A stretch of DNA of 64,000 bases from Ignavibacteriales bacterium CG_4_9_14_3_um_filter_34_10 (lineage in GTDB: Bacteria; Bacteroidota; Ignavibacteria; Ignavibacteriales; Melioribacteraceae). The stretch lies in assembly GCA_002790395.1 (NCBI GenBank), contig PFVB01000185.1, positions 4,321 through 68,320 on the forward strand. The letters run 5' to 3'. Below, piece after piece: positions 20,434-29,875 of the stretch (its first letter is position 1; every line of letters starts with the position of its first letter). Under the pieces are notes generated by a model. It was given only the letters and a program-made list of their open reading frames with translations. It made no database searches and had not been told where the DNA came from. A program made the translations under genes and the position numbers.

Positions 20434-22390
20434 TTTCGAGATTATTATAAAAGAAAACAGGATTATAATTATTCTTCAATCGCAGAATGTATTCATCTTC
20501 TAATCTTCTGCTCTGCTGTTCTTGTAGCTCACTTGCAATTTCGGCTTTAGCTTCCTCAAAAGTTTTAACTCTTGCAAAATCTTTAGCATTAAGTTTTACA
20601 ATTGACCAACCATCTCGGTTCTTAAATGGTTCAGAGAAATCGCCTTCATTTTTAAGTTCAAATGCTTTTTTCGCAAGCTCATTATTTTCAACATTTACCC
20701 AACCATGTCTTCCAGATTTATTCCTAAATCCGGCTCGACGAGTGTTAGTTTTTGCAAGTGAGTCAAACCCGGCACCTGATTTCAGACTATTATAAAATTG
20801 AATGCATAGTGAATCATCTTTAACCAATATCTCACCAAAATCAACCCTGTCGGGCAATGAATATTTTTCTTTGTTCGCATCATAAACTTTTTGCATATCA
20901 ACGCTGTCAACTTGAACTTTACTCCAAATCTCTTCTTCCTGCAGTTTGAAAATATAAATTCCCTTTTTATAATCTTCCATCAGATCAGAAAATTCTGGAT
21001 TTATTCGATCCAAAATCATTGCTTTGTGTTCTATAAGTTTCTGATCAGCATATAAATTTGCAGCCTCAGATAAACTATTATTATGATTTATCACTTTACC
21101 TTGAAAATTCTTTTCCTTGGCAGCAAAAGTTACAACACTATCAACATTATAATTTATGTCTTCAATAGAAAACAAAGTTTTGTTTTTATTTTCATTAAAA
21201 ATTTTGCTTTGCAGTAATTTCTCATCGAATTTGATTGTATCAGCTACATTTACAAAAAAATCAACAACCGAATTATTAAATTTAAAATTCAGTTCGCTTT
21301 TAAGTTTTGAAAGATAATTCTTATACTCAAAATCATATCTTGATTTCTTATACAATTCTCTTAGTTTATCCTTTTCTTTTTCGAACGGAGGAAAATCCTG
21401 CTCATCAGTCACTTTCAAAATATGATAACCATATTTCGTTTTAACAACATCGGAAACTTCACCAACCTTCAAACCAAAAGCCTTCTGATCAAATTCCTTC
21501 ACCATCATTCTTCTTGAAAAGAAACCTAAATCACCACCATTAACACCACTGCTTTTATCATCCGAAAACTGTTTTGCCAATTCAGCAAAATCTTCTCCAT
21601 TAGCAATTCTATTTTTAATATCTGTGATTTTTTCTTTCGCCTTATTTGTGTCAACCGTACCATCTTGATTGAAAGAAATCAAAATATGACTTGCACGAAT
21701 TTTGTATTTAGCCGGCTGTTTATCAGTGACTGCAATAATATGATAACCAAAATTGGTTTTTACAATTTCAGGATAAACAGTTCCAACCGGCGTTGAGTAT
21801 GCAACCCGTTCAAACTCGGGAATAACTTGTCCTGCAGTTATCCAATAAATATCTCCGTCATCATTTTTGGTGTAATTATCATCTGAATATTGTCTTGCCA
21901 ATTCTGAAAAAGCTATTCCATCTTTCAAAGACTGAGCGACTTTTTCAGCTTTCTCTTTTGCTTTATCAAATGAATCATCAACAGGTCCAAACATAATATG
22001 ACTCATTCTGACTTCGGTTTTTCTGTCTTCATAAAATTTCTTCAATCCAGGTTCAACAATCTCCTTCTCAATTAAGTATGAGACTCCGACTTTTTTCTTG
22101 TATGATAAAAGTTCATCAAGAAGATCTTGATTTTCATTATATCCTTTTGATTTTGCATCTTCAAGTTTCATTCTAAAATTAGTATAGAGCTCAAGAAATT
22201 TCTTCATTTGTGCTGATGAATCATCCTTTGCGTTTTCAATACTTCCTGCATTTTTGGAGTATGCCTTTTCAAATTCCCCCAACGTGATTTTCCCGCCTTT
22301 AAATTCTGAAACAACCATATCTGAAACTTTGGGAGAGCAGCCCAATAACATCGAAACGATTATTACAACAACTAAAAATTTATACAGCAT
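20414..22390 (-). CDS. PpiD/SurA-like lipoprotein with two parvulin PPIase domains
   Basis: 658 aa. Lipobox LLGCS. Two parvulin blocks: DGDIYWITAGQVIPEFE...FGYHIIAV and GGDLGFFSRRMMVKEFD...YGYHILKV. GGAGG SD upstream. Confidence 0.75.
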   Translation of the reverse strand: MLYKFLVVVIIVSMLLGCSPKVSDMVVSEFKGGKITLGEFEKAYSKNAGSIENAKDDSSAQMKKFLELYTNFRMKLEDAKSKGYNENQDLLDELLSYKKKVGVSYLIEKEIVEPGLKKFYEDRKTEVRMSHIMFGPVDDSFDKAKEKAEKVAQSLKDGIAFSELARQYSDDNYTKNDDGDIYWITAGQVIPEFERVAYSTPVGTVYPEIVKTNFGYHIIAVTDKQPAKYKIRASHILISFNQDGTVDTNKAKEKITDIKNRIANGEDFAELAKQFSDDKSSGVNGGDLGFFSRRMMVKEFDQKAFGLKVGEVSDVVKTKYGYHILKVTDEQDFPPFEKEKDKLRELYKKSRYDFEYKNYLSKLKSELNFKFNNSVVDFFVNVADTIKFDEKLLQSKIFNENKNKTLFSIEDINYNVDSVVTFAAKEKNFQGKVINHNNSLSEAANLYADQKLIEHKAMILDRINPEFSDLMEDYKKGIYIFKLQEEEIWSKVQVDSVDMQKVYDANKEKYSLPDRVDFGEILVKDDSLCIQFYNSLKSGAGFDSLAKTNTRRAGFRNKSGRHGWVNVENNELAKKAFELKNEGDFSEPFKNRDGWSIVKLNAKDFARVKTFEEAKAEIASELQEQQSRRLEDEYILRLKNNYNPVFFYNNLENAYKSN

Positions 22391-22466
22391 AAAAATATAC
22401 CTCCGTAAAAGTGTTTAAAAGATTGAAAATTATAGTAATTAAAACTGAATTTTGTTTCCTGAAAAA

Positions 22467-24503
22467 TTATTTTATTTTATCGCCGACATTCAGATTTCCA
22501 TCTGCTTCAACAATTTTCAAAACGCCATCCTTATTCTCTCCAGCTAATAACATTCCGTTCGATTCCACTCCCATCAGCTTAGCAGGAAGCAGGTTTGCAA
22601 CAATAACAACTTTCTTATTTGCCAATTCTTCGGGAGTATAATATTTCCCGATTCCTGCTACAATTTGCCTTTCGCCACCAAAAGTATTGACGATTAACTT
22701 TATCAGCTTCTCACTCTTTTTTATTCTTTCGGCTGAAATAATTTGCGCAACTCTTAAATCAACTTTCGCAAACTCGTCGTAAATAATTTTTGTAACATCA
22801 TATTTTTGCACTACCTCGGCAACACCAAGTCTGCTAGTCTGCTTTTCGATCAATTCATCTTCTATCTTATTGAAAAGAATTTCTGAATTTCCTAATTGAT
22901 GATTATCAGGCAAATTTATTTTCCCACACTCATTCCATTCCACCGGTTTAGCATTTAACATTGCAAATATTTTTTCACTTGCGAAAGGAATAACAGGCGA
23001 AAAAATTTCACCTAGTGTGAAAATTGTTTGGAGACTAATATTTATAGTATTTGCGCAAAGTTTTTTTGAAGATTTTACAGTAAGCCATGGCTGAGAATCG
23101 TTAAAATACTTATTCGCCGATCTCGCTAAATTCATCATCTCAAAAACAGCATCTTTTATTTTATAAGAATCAATTAATGCCCCGATTTTCATTGGATATT
23201 TTTCAAGCAAATCCAACATATTCAAATCAATTTGCTGCAGATTAGATTTTGGGGGAACAATGCCTTCAAAATGTTTATGTGCAAACGTAAAAGTCCTGTT
23301 AATGAAATTCCCAAGAATGTCAGCAAGTTCAGAATTGTTCCTCAATTGAAATTCCCTCCAATAAAAATCAGTATCCTTATTTTCAGGAAGATTGGCAGCT
23401 AAAGTATAACGCAAAGGGTCTGCAGGAAACAGATCTAAAAACTCATCTACATCAATTCCCCAGCCCCGTGATTTGGAGAATTTTTTTCCTTCAAAATTCA
23501 AGAACTCATTTGCAGGAACATTTTCAGGTAAAATATATTTATCGGGGTTATTATCGTTCCAAGCCATCAGCATTGCAGGAAAAATTATCGTATGAAAAAC
23601 TGTATTATCTTTCCCAATAAATGCAATATATCTTGTGCCGCCATCTTGCCAATAGTTTTTCCATTCATCAGGATTATTCCTGCCAGCAAATAATTCCTTT
23701 GTCGCCGAAATATATCCTAACACAGCTTCAAACCAAACATACAAAACTTTGCCTTTAGCATCATCCAAAGGAACTTGAACGCCCCAATCCAAATCTCTGG
23801 TTATCGCCCGATCCTTCAAACCATCATTAAACCAACTTTTACAATATTGCAAAACATTTTCTTTCCACTTGAACTTCTTTGAGTTTTTTGAAATATATTC
23901 TTCTAATCGTGTTTGAAATTTACCTAATGGAAAATACCAGTGGAAAGTTTCTTTAAGTTTTGGAGTTTCTCCGGAAATTTTACTTTTAGGATTTTTCAAT
24001 TCACTTGGGTCGTACAATGAGCCACATTTTTCACATTCGTCACTTCGTGCTTCTTCATTGCCGCATTTTGGGCATGTTCCTTCAATATAACGGTCAGGCA
24101 AAAATTTATTAATCTTTTCATCAAAGAATTGCATAGAAGATTTTTGAGGCAAAATTCCCTGTTTATAAAAATTTAGGAAGAAAGTTTGTGCAGTTTCATG
24201 ATGAACAGGTAAACTTGTGCGTGAATAAATATCGAAACTCATTCCGAATTTTTCAAATGCAGTTTTATTTGCATTATGAAATTTATCAATAACTTCATTA
24301 GGTTTGATACCTTCTTTATCGGCAGTAATTGTGATCGGTACTCCATGCTCATCAGAACCACAAACAAAAATTATGTCTGAATTATTAAGCCGATGATATC
24401 GCACAAAAATATCAGCCGGTAAATACGCTCCGCTTAAATGCCCGAGATGAATATTCCCGTTTGCATAAGGCAAAGCAGAAGTAACAAGAATTTTTTGTTT
24501 CAA
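22467..24503 (-). CDS. metG: Methionine--tRNA ligase with C-terminal tRNA-binding (EMAP-like) domain
   Basis: HIGH region ALPYANGNIHLGHL, Zn knuckle CPKCGNEEARSDECEKCG, KMSKS variant KFSKSRG. The C-terminal segment DLRVAQIISAERIKKSEKLIKL marks the tRNA-binding domain. I prefer the TTG at 24503 (MKQKILVTS) with AAAGG upstream; the track start at 24545 is also TTG. Confidence 0.93.
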   Translation of the reverse strand: MKQKILVTSALPYANGNIHLGHLSGAYLPADIFVRYHRLNNSDIIFVCGSDEHGVPITITADKEGIKPNEVIDKFHNANKTAFEKFGMSFDIYSRTSLPVHHETAQTFFLNFYKQGILPQKSSMQFFDEKINKFLPDRYIEGTCPKCGNEEARSDECEKCGSLYDPSELKNPKSKISGETPKLKETFHWYFPLGKFQTRLEEYISKNSKKFKWKENVLQYCKSWFNDGLKDRAITRDLDWGVQVPLDDAKGKVLYVWFEAVLGYISATKELFAGRNNPDEWKNYWQDGGTRYIAFIGKDNTVFHTIIFPAMLMAWNDNNPDKYILPENVPANEFLNFEGKKFSKSRGWGIDVDEFLDLFPADPLRYTLAANLPENKDTDFYWREFQLRNNSELADILGNFINRTFTFAHKHFEGIVPPKSNLQQIDLNMLDLLEKYPMKIGALIDSYKIKDAVFEMMNLARSANKYFNDSQPWLTVKSSKKLCANTINISLQTIFTLGEIFSPVIPFASEKIFAMLNAKPVEWNECGKINLPDNHQLGNSEILFNKIEDELIEKQTSRLGVAEVVQKYDVTKIIYDEFAKVDLRVAQIISAERIKKSEKLIKLIVNTFGGERQIVAGIGKYYTPEELANKKVVIVANLLPAKLMGVESNGMLLAGENKDGVLKIVEADGNLNVGDKIK

Positions 24504-24591
24504 AATTTGACCTTTGATTGAAAATTTAACTTTAAGACGGTGCAAATATACAAAAATGAAAGCAAAAAATTGAGTTGAAATAATGTCAAAT

Positions 24592-25275
24592 TCAGAGAAA
24601 ACGTTTCAATTCTTTAAGATTGTGAATCTCAAATTTTGGTTTTAATTCTGAATTATTAATTTCATGATTAAAATTAAACCAACAGGTATCAACGCCAAAA
24701 TTAAAGCCACCAACGATATCGGAGCGAAAGTTATCGCCAATCACGAGAATTTCTGATTTATCAAATTTTCCAATTCTATCGCAAGCCAATTGAAATATTT
24801 CCGGTTGAGGTTTTGAAACACCGACTTCCTCAGAAATAACGTAAGTATCGACAAATTTTTTCAGCTCTGAATTTTCAAATCGGGGTTTTTGTACAGACGT
24901 CAATCCATTGGTTACAACCGCAATTTTATATTTAACTCTAAATTCTTTGATTAATTGATAAGCATCGGGAAGTAGTTTTGTTACAGTGGATAAATAATAA
25001 AGATATTTTTCCGCAAAATATTTGGCATCAGGCGTAATATTTATTTCAACAAAAAAACGTCTGAACCTTTCAACTTTTAAATGCTCTGCTGAGATATTTT
25101 TCTCTTCAAACTCTTTCCAAATCTGTTTGTTTATCTTATTATATTTTTCAAATATCTCAGCAAAATCAGTTTCTATTTTTAGTCCCTCTATGATTTTAAA
25201 CAAAGCTTCTTTTTCAGCAAAATCGAAATCGAAAAGTGTATTGTCAGCATCAAAAATCAGTATTTTATAAATCAT
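24592..25275 (-). CDS. HAD-superfamily hydrolase (YjjG-like nucleotidase subfamily)
   Basis: Motif I ILIFDADNTLFDF, motif II VVTNG, motif IV VIGDNFRSDI. I prefer the ATG at 25275 because the longer ORF overlaps the upstream gene. Confidence 0.8.
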   Translation of the reverse strand: MIYKILIFDADNTLFDFDFAEKEALFKIIEGLKIETDFAEIFEKYNKINKQIWKEFEEKNISAEHLKVERFRRFFVEINITPDAKYFAEKYLYYLSTVTKLLPDAYQLIKEFRVKYKIAVVTNGLTSVQKPRFENSELKKFVDTYVISEEVGVSKPQPEIFQLACDRIGKFDKSEILVIGDNFRSDIVGGFNFGVDTCWFNFNHEINNSELKPKFEIHNLKELKRFL

Positions 25276-25288
25276 ATCGGAATATTTC

Positions 25289-27106
25289 TCAATCCATCGA
25301 TTTATACATTTCGTCAATTAAATCAGTATATCTTTCTTCAATTACTTTCCTCTTAACTTTTAAAGAAGGAGTAATTTCACCCGATTCAATCGAAAACGGT
25401 TTATCGAGAATTGTAAACCTTCTCACTTTTTCATAGGCAGCAAGTTTCTTTTGGAAAACTGCAAGTTCTTTTTCAAGCAGTTCGTAAATCTGTTTCATAT
25501 CTGTAAGTTCTTTTTCATTCTTATAAGAAATACGATTAGCATCAGCATATTCTTTGAGCGATTCAAAGTCAGGAACAATCAAAGCAGTGATAAACATTCT
25601 TCTGTCGCCAATCAAAACAAACTGGTCAATATATTTACTTGCAAGGAACATATTTTCAATCGGAGTGGGGGCAATATATTTTCCTGTGGAAGTTTTAAAT
25701 AAATGCTTTTTTCTATCTGTAATAATTAAAAAACCTTCAGCATCAAAAACTCCAATATCGCCCGTATGCAGCCAGCCATCTTTAATTGTCTCATCGGTTT
25801 CTTTTTTATTATTATAATATCCTTTCATGATGTTTGGACCATAAGCAAGAATTTCGCCATCCTTAGCAATTTTGATCTCAACACCGGGAAGCGGCTTTCC
25901 AACAGTTCCATATTTATAATCATTTAAACGGTTTGCGGAAATGACCGGAGATGATTCGGTTAATCCATAACCTTCGATGATTAATATTCCAACAGCTTCG
26001 AAGAAAAGTCCCAATTCTCTTGATAATGCTGCTCCACCAGAAACAATAAATCTAAGTTTTCCACCGGTTTTTTCTCTAAGTTTTTTAAATACCAGAGTAT
26101 CGGCAACTTTGTGTTTTAATAACAGCGAAATAGGGATCACACCATTTGCTCTTTTTTTATCAGCATATAACTTACCAACTTCGATTGCCCAATTAAATAT
26201 TTTTTGTTTTTTTGCAGGCTGAGACTCGACAGTTTTTTTAATTCTTGAATACATTCTCTCAAAAAGACGTGGGACTGCTGTCATTATAGTAGGATTAATT
26301 TCTGCCATATTCTGAGCAATTTTTTCGATACTTTCAGCATATGCAATTGTACATCCACCAGATAACGCAGTATAATAACCGGCCATCCTTTCAAAAATAT
26401 GACATAGCGGCAGGAATGATAAGAAAGTATCAGACTCATTGAAATTAAAAACTTCGTGCGCACCATAAACATTACTGATTATGTTTTTATGAGTTAGCAT
26501 AACTCCTTTCGGTTCGCCTGTGGTACCCGAAGTATAAATTATGGTACATAAATCATCTTCGTTGGCAATAGATAAACTTTGAGCAAATAAATTTGGGTTT
26601 TCATTTTTATAAATCTTCCCTTTCTGCTGCACTTGTTTAAAAGTATAAACATCTTTATCTGTTGTTTCGATATCATTCATTATGATAATAAATTTCAACT
26701 TGCGGCATTTGTCTCTGATTTTCAGAATTTTATTCAACTGAAATTGTGTCGAAACGATAATACCAACCGAGTCTGAATTATTAAGAATAAATTCAATACT
26801 TTCCGAAGTCAAAATTGGGTATAAAGGAACATCAATGCCGCCAAGTCCAAGAATTGCCATATCGCTGAAAACCCATTCGGGGCGGTTTTCACCAATGATC
26901 GAAACTTTGTCAAATCTTTTAACGCCCAATGAAACCATCCCGAGAGCCAGATTTTCTGTTTCGTCGTATAATTGTTTATAGCTGAAATCAACATAATTAT
27001 TATCTATTTTATACTTCAAAACAGGTTTTGTTTGCTTTGAACCAAAATCCAAAGTTATATACTTAAATAATTCAGGAATTGTTTTAACTTTTTTCAAAAT
27101 TGCCAT
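25289..27106 (-). CDS. Long-chain-fatty-acid--CoA ligase (AMP-binding enzyme)
   Basis: 605 aa. AMP-binding signature IIYTSGTTGEPKGVMLTHKN, plus GYGLTESS, WLHTGDIG and ITPSLKVKRK. Confidence 0.9.
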   Translation of the reverse strand: MAILKKVKTIPELFKYITLDFGSKQTKPVLKYKIDNNYVDFSYKQLYDETENLALGMVSLGVKRFDKVSIIGENRPEWVFSDMAILGLGGIDVPLYPILTSESIEFILNNSDSVGIIVSTQFQLNKILKIRDKCRKLKFIIIMNDIETTDKDVYTFKQVQQKGKIYKNENPNLFAQSLSIANEDDLCTIIYTSGTTGEPKGVMLTHKNIISNVYGAHEVFNFNESDTFLSFLPLCHIFERMAGYYTALSGGCTIAYAESIEKIAQNMAEINPTIMTAVPRLFERMYSRIKKTVESQPAKKQKIFNWAIEVGKLYADKKRANGVIPISLLLKHKVADTLVFKKLREKTGGKLRFIVSGGAALSRELGLFFEAVGILIIEGYGLTESSPVISANRLNDYKYGTVGKPLPGVEIKIAKDGEILAYGPNIMKGYYNNKKETDETIKDGWLHTGDIGVFDAEGFLIITDRKKHLFKTSTGKYIAPTPIENMFLASKYIDQFVLIGDRRMFITALIVPDFESLKEYADANRISYKNEKELTDMKQIYELLEKELAVFQKKLAAYEKVRRFTILDKPFSIESGEITPSLKVKRKVIEERYTDLIDEMYKSMD

Positions 27107-27131
27107 TTATTACTCCTTTTTTGGTGATTAA

Positions 27132-28274
27132 TTAAACTTTGATAAATATTTTCTTTGCATACAAAATCCACATAAGTCCAAGCCACACTAATATATAAAC
27201 AATTGCCCACGCCAATGAAGCATTAATCGGCGATAACCACGACAGGAAGAAATTATCGAACAAAAAACTTTTAATGGTTACAACATTACCTTCAGCACCT
27301 TCCCATTTAACCATATACATAATTCTACCAATGATTCCCGACAGAAAAAAAACTGTAATTGCATTCATTCCATAGACATGAAAGGGTTTGATCCACCATG
27401 TAATTTTTTTTATATCAATAAACCAATAACAAAAAGCCAAAAAATTCAACCCAAGTCCCACAGTCCATAAAACATAAGAGCTTGTCCAAATATTTTTATT
27501 AAGAGGAAACCAAAAACTCCAAACCCAACCAGCGACCATCAAAATACTTCCCCCAACATATAACCAAACAGTTTTTGTAACCGGATCTTTGTCACTTCGC
27601 AATAAATTGCCTGTAAAAATTCCTAACATTGCATTGCCTATTGCCGGCATTGTGGAAAGAATTCCCTCCGGATCCCAAAGTTTTGTACCGGACCAAAGAT
27701 GATTTCCAAGAATTAATCTATCAATCCAAGCAGAAAGATTTGTTGCCTGTTCGAAGTTTCCATGTCCAACACCCGGCACAGGTATAAAACTCATTAATGC
27801 AGCATACAAAACCAAAATTATTCCTGTAAACCAATATTGAAATTTTGTACTTGTAGATAAAAACAAAACTGCAGAAATCATATAAACCACAGCAATTCTT
27901 TGCAGTACGCCGGGGATTCGAATTGTACTCCACGAAAACTCATGCCCAAATAAAAGTCCAAATGGAAATCCCGCTAAAATAATTCCTAAACCAAATAAAA
28001 TAACCGTTCTACGAAAAATATTCAGGTAAAGACTTTTCATATCTCCGCCTTGCACTTTGCGTTTTGTCAGCGAATATGAAATAGCTACGCCAACGATAAA
28101 AAGAAAGAATGGGAAAATCAGATCCGTAAACGTGCATCCATGCCAACTTGCATGTTCCAACTGTGGATAAATTGCATTCCAAGTTCCTGGATTATTTACC
28201 AATATCATTCCCATAATAGTAATGCCTCTAAAAACATCAAGAGAAAGAAGTCTTTGCGATTTTTCGTCACCCAT
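27132..28274 (-). CDS. Multi-pass membrane protein of the HGSNAT-like / DUF5009 acyltransferase family
   Basis: 380 aa with about 10 TM segments. N-terminal RLLSLDVFRGITIMGMILVNNPG and conserved H (HASWHG) are typical of this family. Confidence 0.65.
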   Translation of the reverse strand: MGDEKSQRLLSLDVFRGITIMGMILVNNPGTWNAIYPQLEHASWHGCTFTDLIFPFFLFIVGVAISYSLTKRKVQGGDMKSLYLNIFRRTVILFGLGIILAGFPFGLLFGHEFSWSTIRIPGVLQRIAVVYMISAVLFLSTSTKFQYWFTGIILVLYAALMSFIPVPGVGHGNFEQATNLSAWIDRLILGNHLWSGTKLWDPEGILSTMPAIGNAMLGIFTGNLLRSDKDPVTKTVWLYVGGSILMVAGWVWSFWFPLNKNIWTSSYVLWTVGLGLNFLAFCYWFIDIKKITWWIKPFHVYGMNAITVFFLSGIIGRIMYMVKWEGAEGNVVTIKSFLFDNFFLSWLSPINASLAWAIVYILVWLGLMWILYAKKIFIKV

Positions 28275-28389
28275 ATTAATCCCCTTATTTTAGTCAGCTA
28301 AAATTAAATTATAAAAATGAACGAAACAACAAGAAAATTTCTTAATAGAAATTATTTCGGTATAATTGCAGGTCAAAAATTGGAGCAAT

Positions 28390-29004
28390 ATGAAATCAGT
28401 AAGAAAACTTTATGACTGGGTACTTCATTGGGCGGATTCACCATATGGTGCATTAGCATTGTTTATTCTGTCATTTGCCGAAGCTTCTTTTTTCCCCGTT
28501 CCACCGGATGCATTGTTGATTGCATTGGTACTTGGTTCTCAGTCTAAAGCTTTTAAGTTTGCGCTCAATTGCAGTATTGCCTCAGTTTTTGGTGCATTGC
28601 TTGGTTATTCGATAGGTTACTTTTTGTGGTGGAGTAATCCAAATGAATTTTCCAGCATTGCATATTTTTTCTTTAACAACATTCCGGGCTTTAATCCGAA
28701 ACTTTTTTATGATGTAAAAAGCATGTACGATAAGTGGGATTTCTGGATAATATTTACGGCAGGTTTTACACCAATACCTTATAAAGTTTTCACAATTTCC
28801 GGCGGTGCTTTTCAAATAAATATCATGATGTTTATAATTGCATCCATCATAAGCAGATCAGCAAGGTTTTTCCTGGTTGCATTTTTAATTTGGAAATATG
28901 GTGCGAGTATAAAAAGTTTCATAGATAAATATTTCAACTACTTAGCCTTGGCATTTACCGTACTTTTAATTGGCGGCTTTGCAGTTATTAAATATTTTCT
29001 TTAG
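28390..29004 (+). CDS. YqaA/DedA-related (SNARE-associated) inner-membrane protein
   Basis: ALFILSFAEASFFPVPPDALLIALV motif and 4-5 TM segments. I prefer the ATG at 28390: a TGGAG SD lies 6 nt upstream and TATAAT lies at 28361-28366. Confidence 0.7.
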   Translation: MKSVRKLYDWVLHWADSPYGALALFILSFAEASFFPVPPDALLIALVLGSQSKAFKFALNCSIASVFGALLGYSIGYFLWWSNPNEFSSIAYFFFNNIPGFNPKLFYDVKSMYDKWDFWIIFTAGFTPIPYKVFTISGGAFQINIMMFIIASIISRSARFFLVAFLIWKYGASIKSFIDKYFNYLALAFTVLLIGGFAVIKYFL

Positions 29005-29695
29005 GAGTTTCTTTATTATTCATCCTGAATTTTAATGCGAAATATGTTAGGCTGAATGCAAGAATAACAGCAAATTTGCACAGGATACTTACTATACCAA
29101 TTAAAATTTGATGCGAGATAATTTCAAGAATCCATGCCGGGACAAATGTGAGCAGGAAACCAAACCTTAAAGCATTTAATTCGCTTTTGAATTTTGTTGA
29201 ATCTTTAAATTTTGCAAAAAGAATGATGATCGAAATTAATATTGGCAGGTAATAAAAAGTACCGAATAGAAATCCCATCGGATAATAGTAAATAGCATAA
29301 AACACATTGCATTCAGCTAATTTGAAACTATCAATCAGGAAGAAGTAGAAAATATCTATTCCAAGTATTGGAAGGAATGCTATGTATTTATAAATATTTT
29401 TCTCTTCAGTTACGTTAACAAACTCATGCAAAGAAATTATTAAATTCAATACCAATGGCGGAAGTAATGAGATTAGTACAAAAGCAGCAAAGACTAACTT
29501 ATTATTCTGAACTTCCAAAAAACAGAATGAAAATTCAAAAATTTGATATAATATCAACAGGAGCAGAAGTAATTTAACTTTATTATTGATATGATTCTTT
29601 TCTGCAAAAATTATAACATTAATAAACAGCACAAATTCTAAACATGCTGCAAAAAGTGAAGTTATACCGTCAAAATTTTGTTGTAAAAAATTCAT
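28988..29695 (-). CDS. Hypothetical polytopic membrane protein (about 7 TM)
   Basis: 235-aa ORF that is hydrophobic throughout, with no recognisable catalytic motif. Converges on and overlaps the yqaA-like gene by 17 nt. Confidence 0.45.
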   Translation of the reverse strand: MNFLQQNFDGITSLFAACLEFVLFINVIIFAEKNHINNKVKLLLLLLILYQIFEFSFCFLEVQNNKLVFAAFVLISLLPPLVLNLIISLHEFVNVTEEKNIYKYIAFLPILGIDIFYFFLIDSFKLAECNVFYAIYYYPMGFLFGTFYYLPILISIIILFAKFKDSTKFKSELNALRFGFLLTFVPAWILEIISHQILIGIVSILCKFAVILAFSLTYFALKFRMNNKETPKENI

Positions 29696-29729
29696 AAAAT
29701 AAAATCAGCTGCCTCTTTTAAGAGACAGC
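29696..29729 (-). terminator. Intrinsic terminator after the CDGSH mini-ORF
   Basis: Reverse strand reads GCTGTCTCT-TAAA-AGAGGCAGC (9-bp stem, one G-U pair), followed by TGATTTTATTTTAT. Confidence 0.6.
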
Positions 29730-29738
29730 CAAATAAAA

Positions 29739-29867
29739 TTACAAATTTCTATGTGAACCATCGCAGAAAGGTTGCATCGCAGATTTACCGCAACTGCACC
29801 ACCAATATTTACCAGGCTCTACATCTACCATATAAGGTGATTTTTGAGGTATATTCGGTTCTTGCAT
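29739..29867 (-). CDS. CDGSH-type iron-sulfur domain mini-protein (42 aa), not in the ORF track
   Basis: Hand translation: MQEPNIPQKSPYMVDVEPGKYWWCSCGKSAMQPFCDGSHRNL. It contains the full C-x-C-x2-S-x3-P-x-C-D-G-S-H signature. An AGGAG SD overlaps the fumC stop, with 8 nt between the fumC TAG and the ATG. A terminator follows. Confidence 0.8.
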   Translation of the reverse strand: MQEPNIPQKSPYMVDVEPGKYWWCSCGKSAMQPFCDGSHRNL

Positions 29868-29875
29868 CTCTTCTC

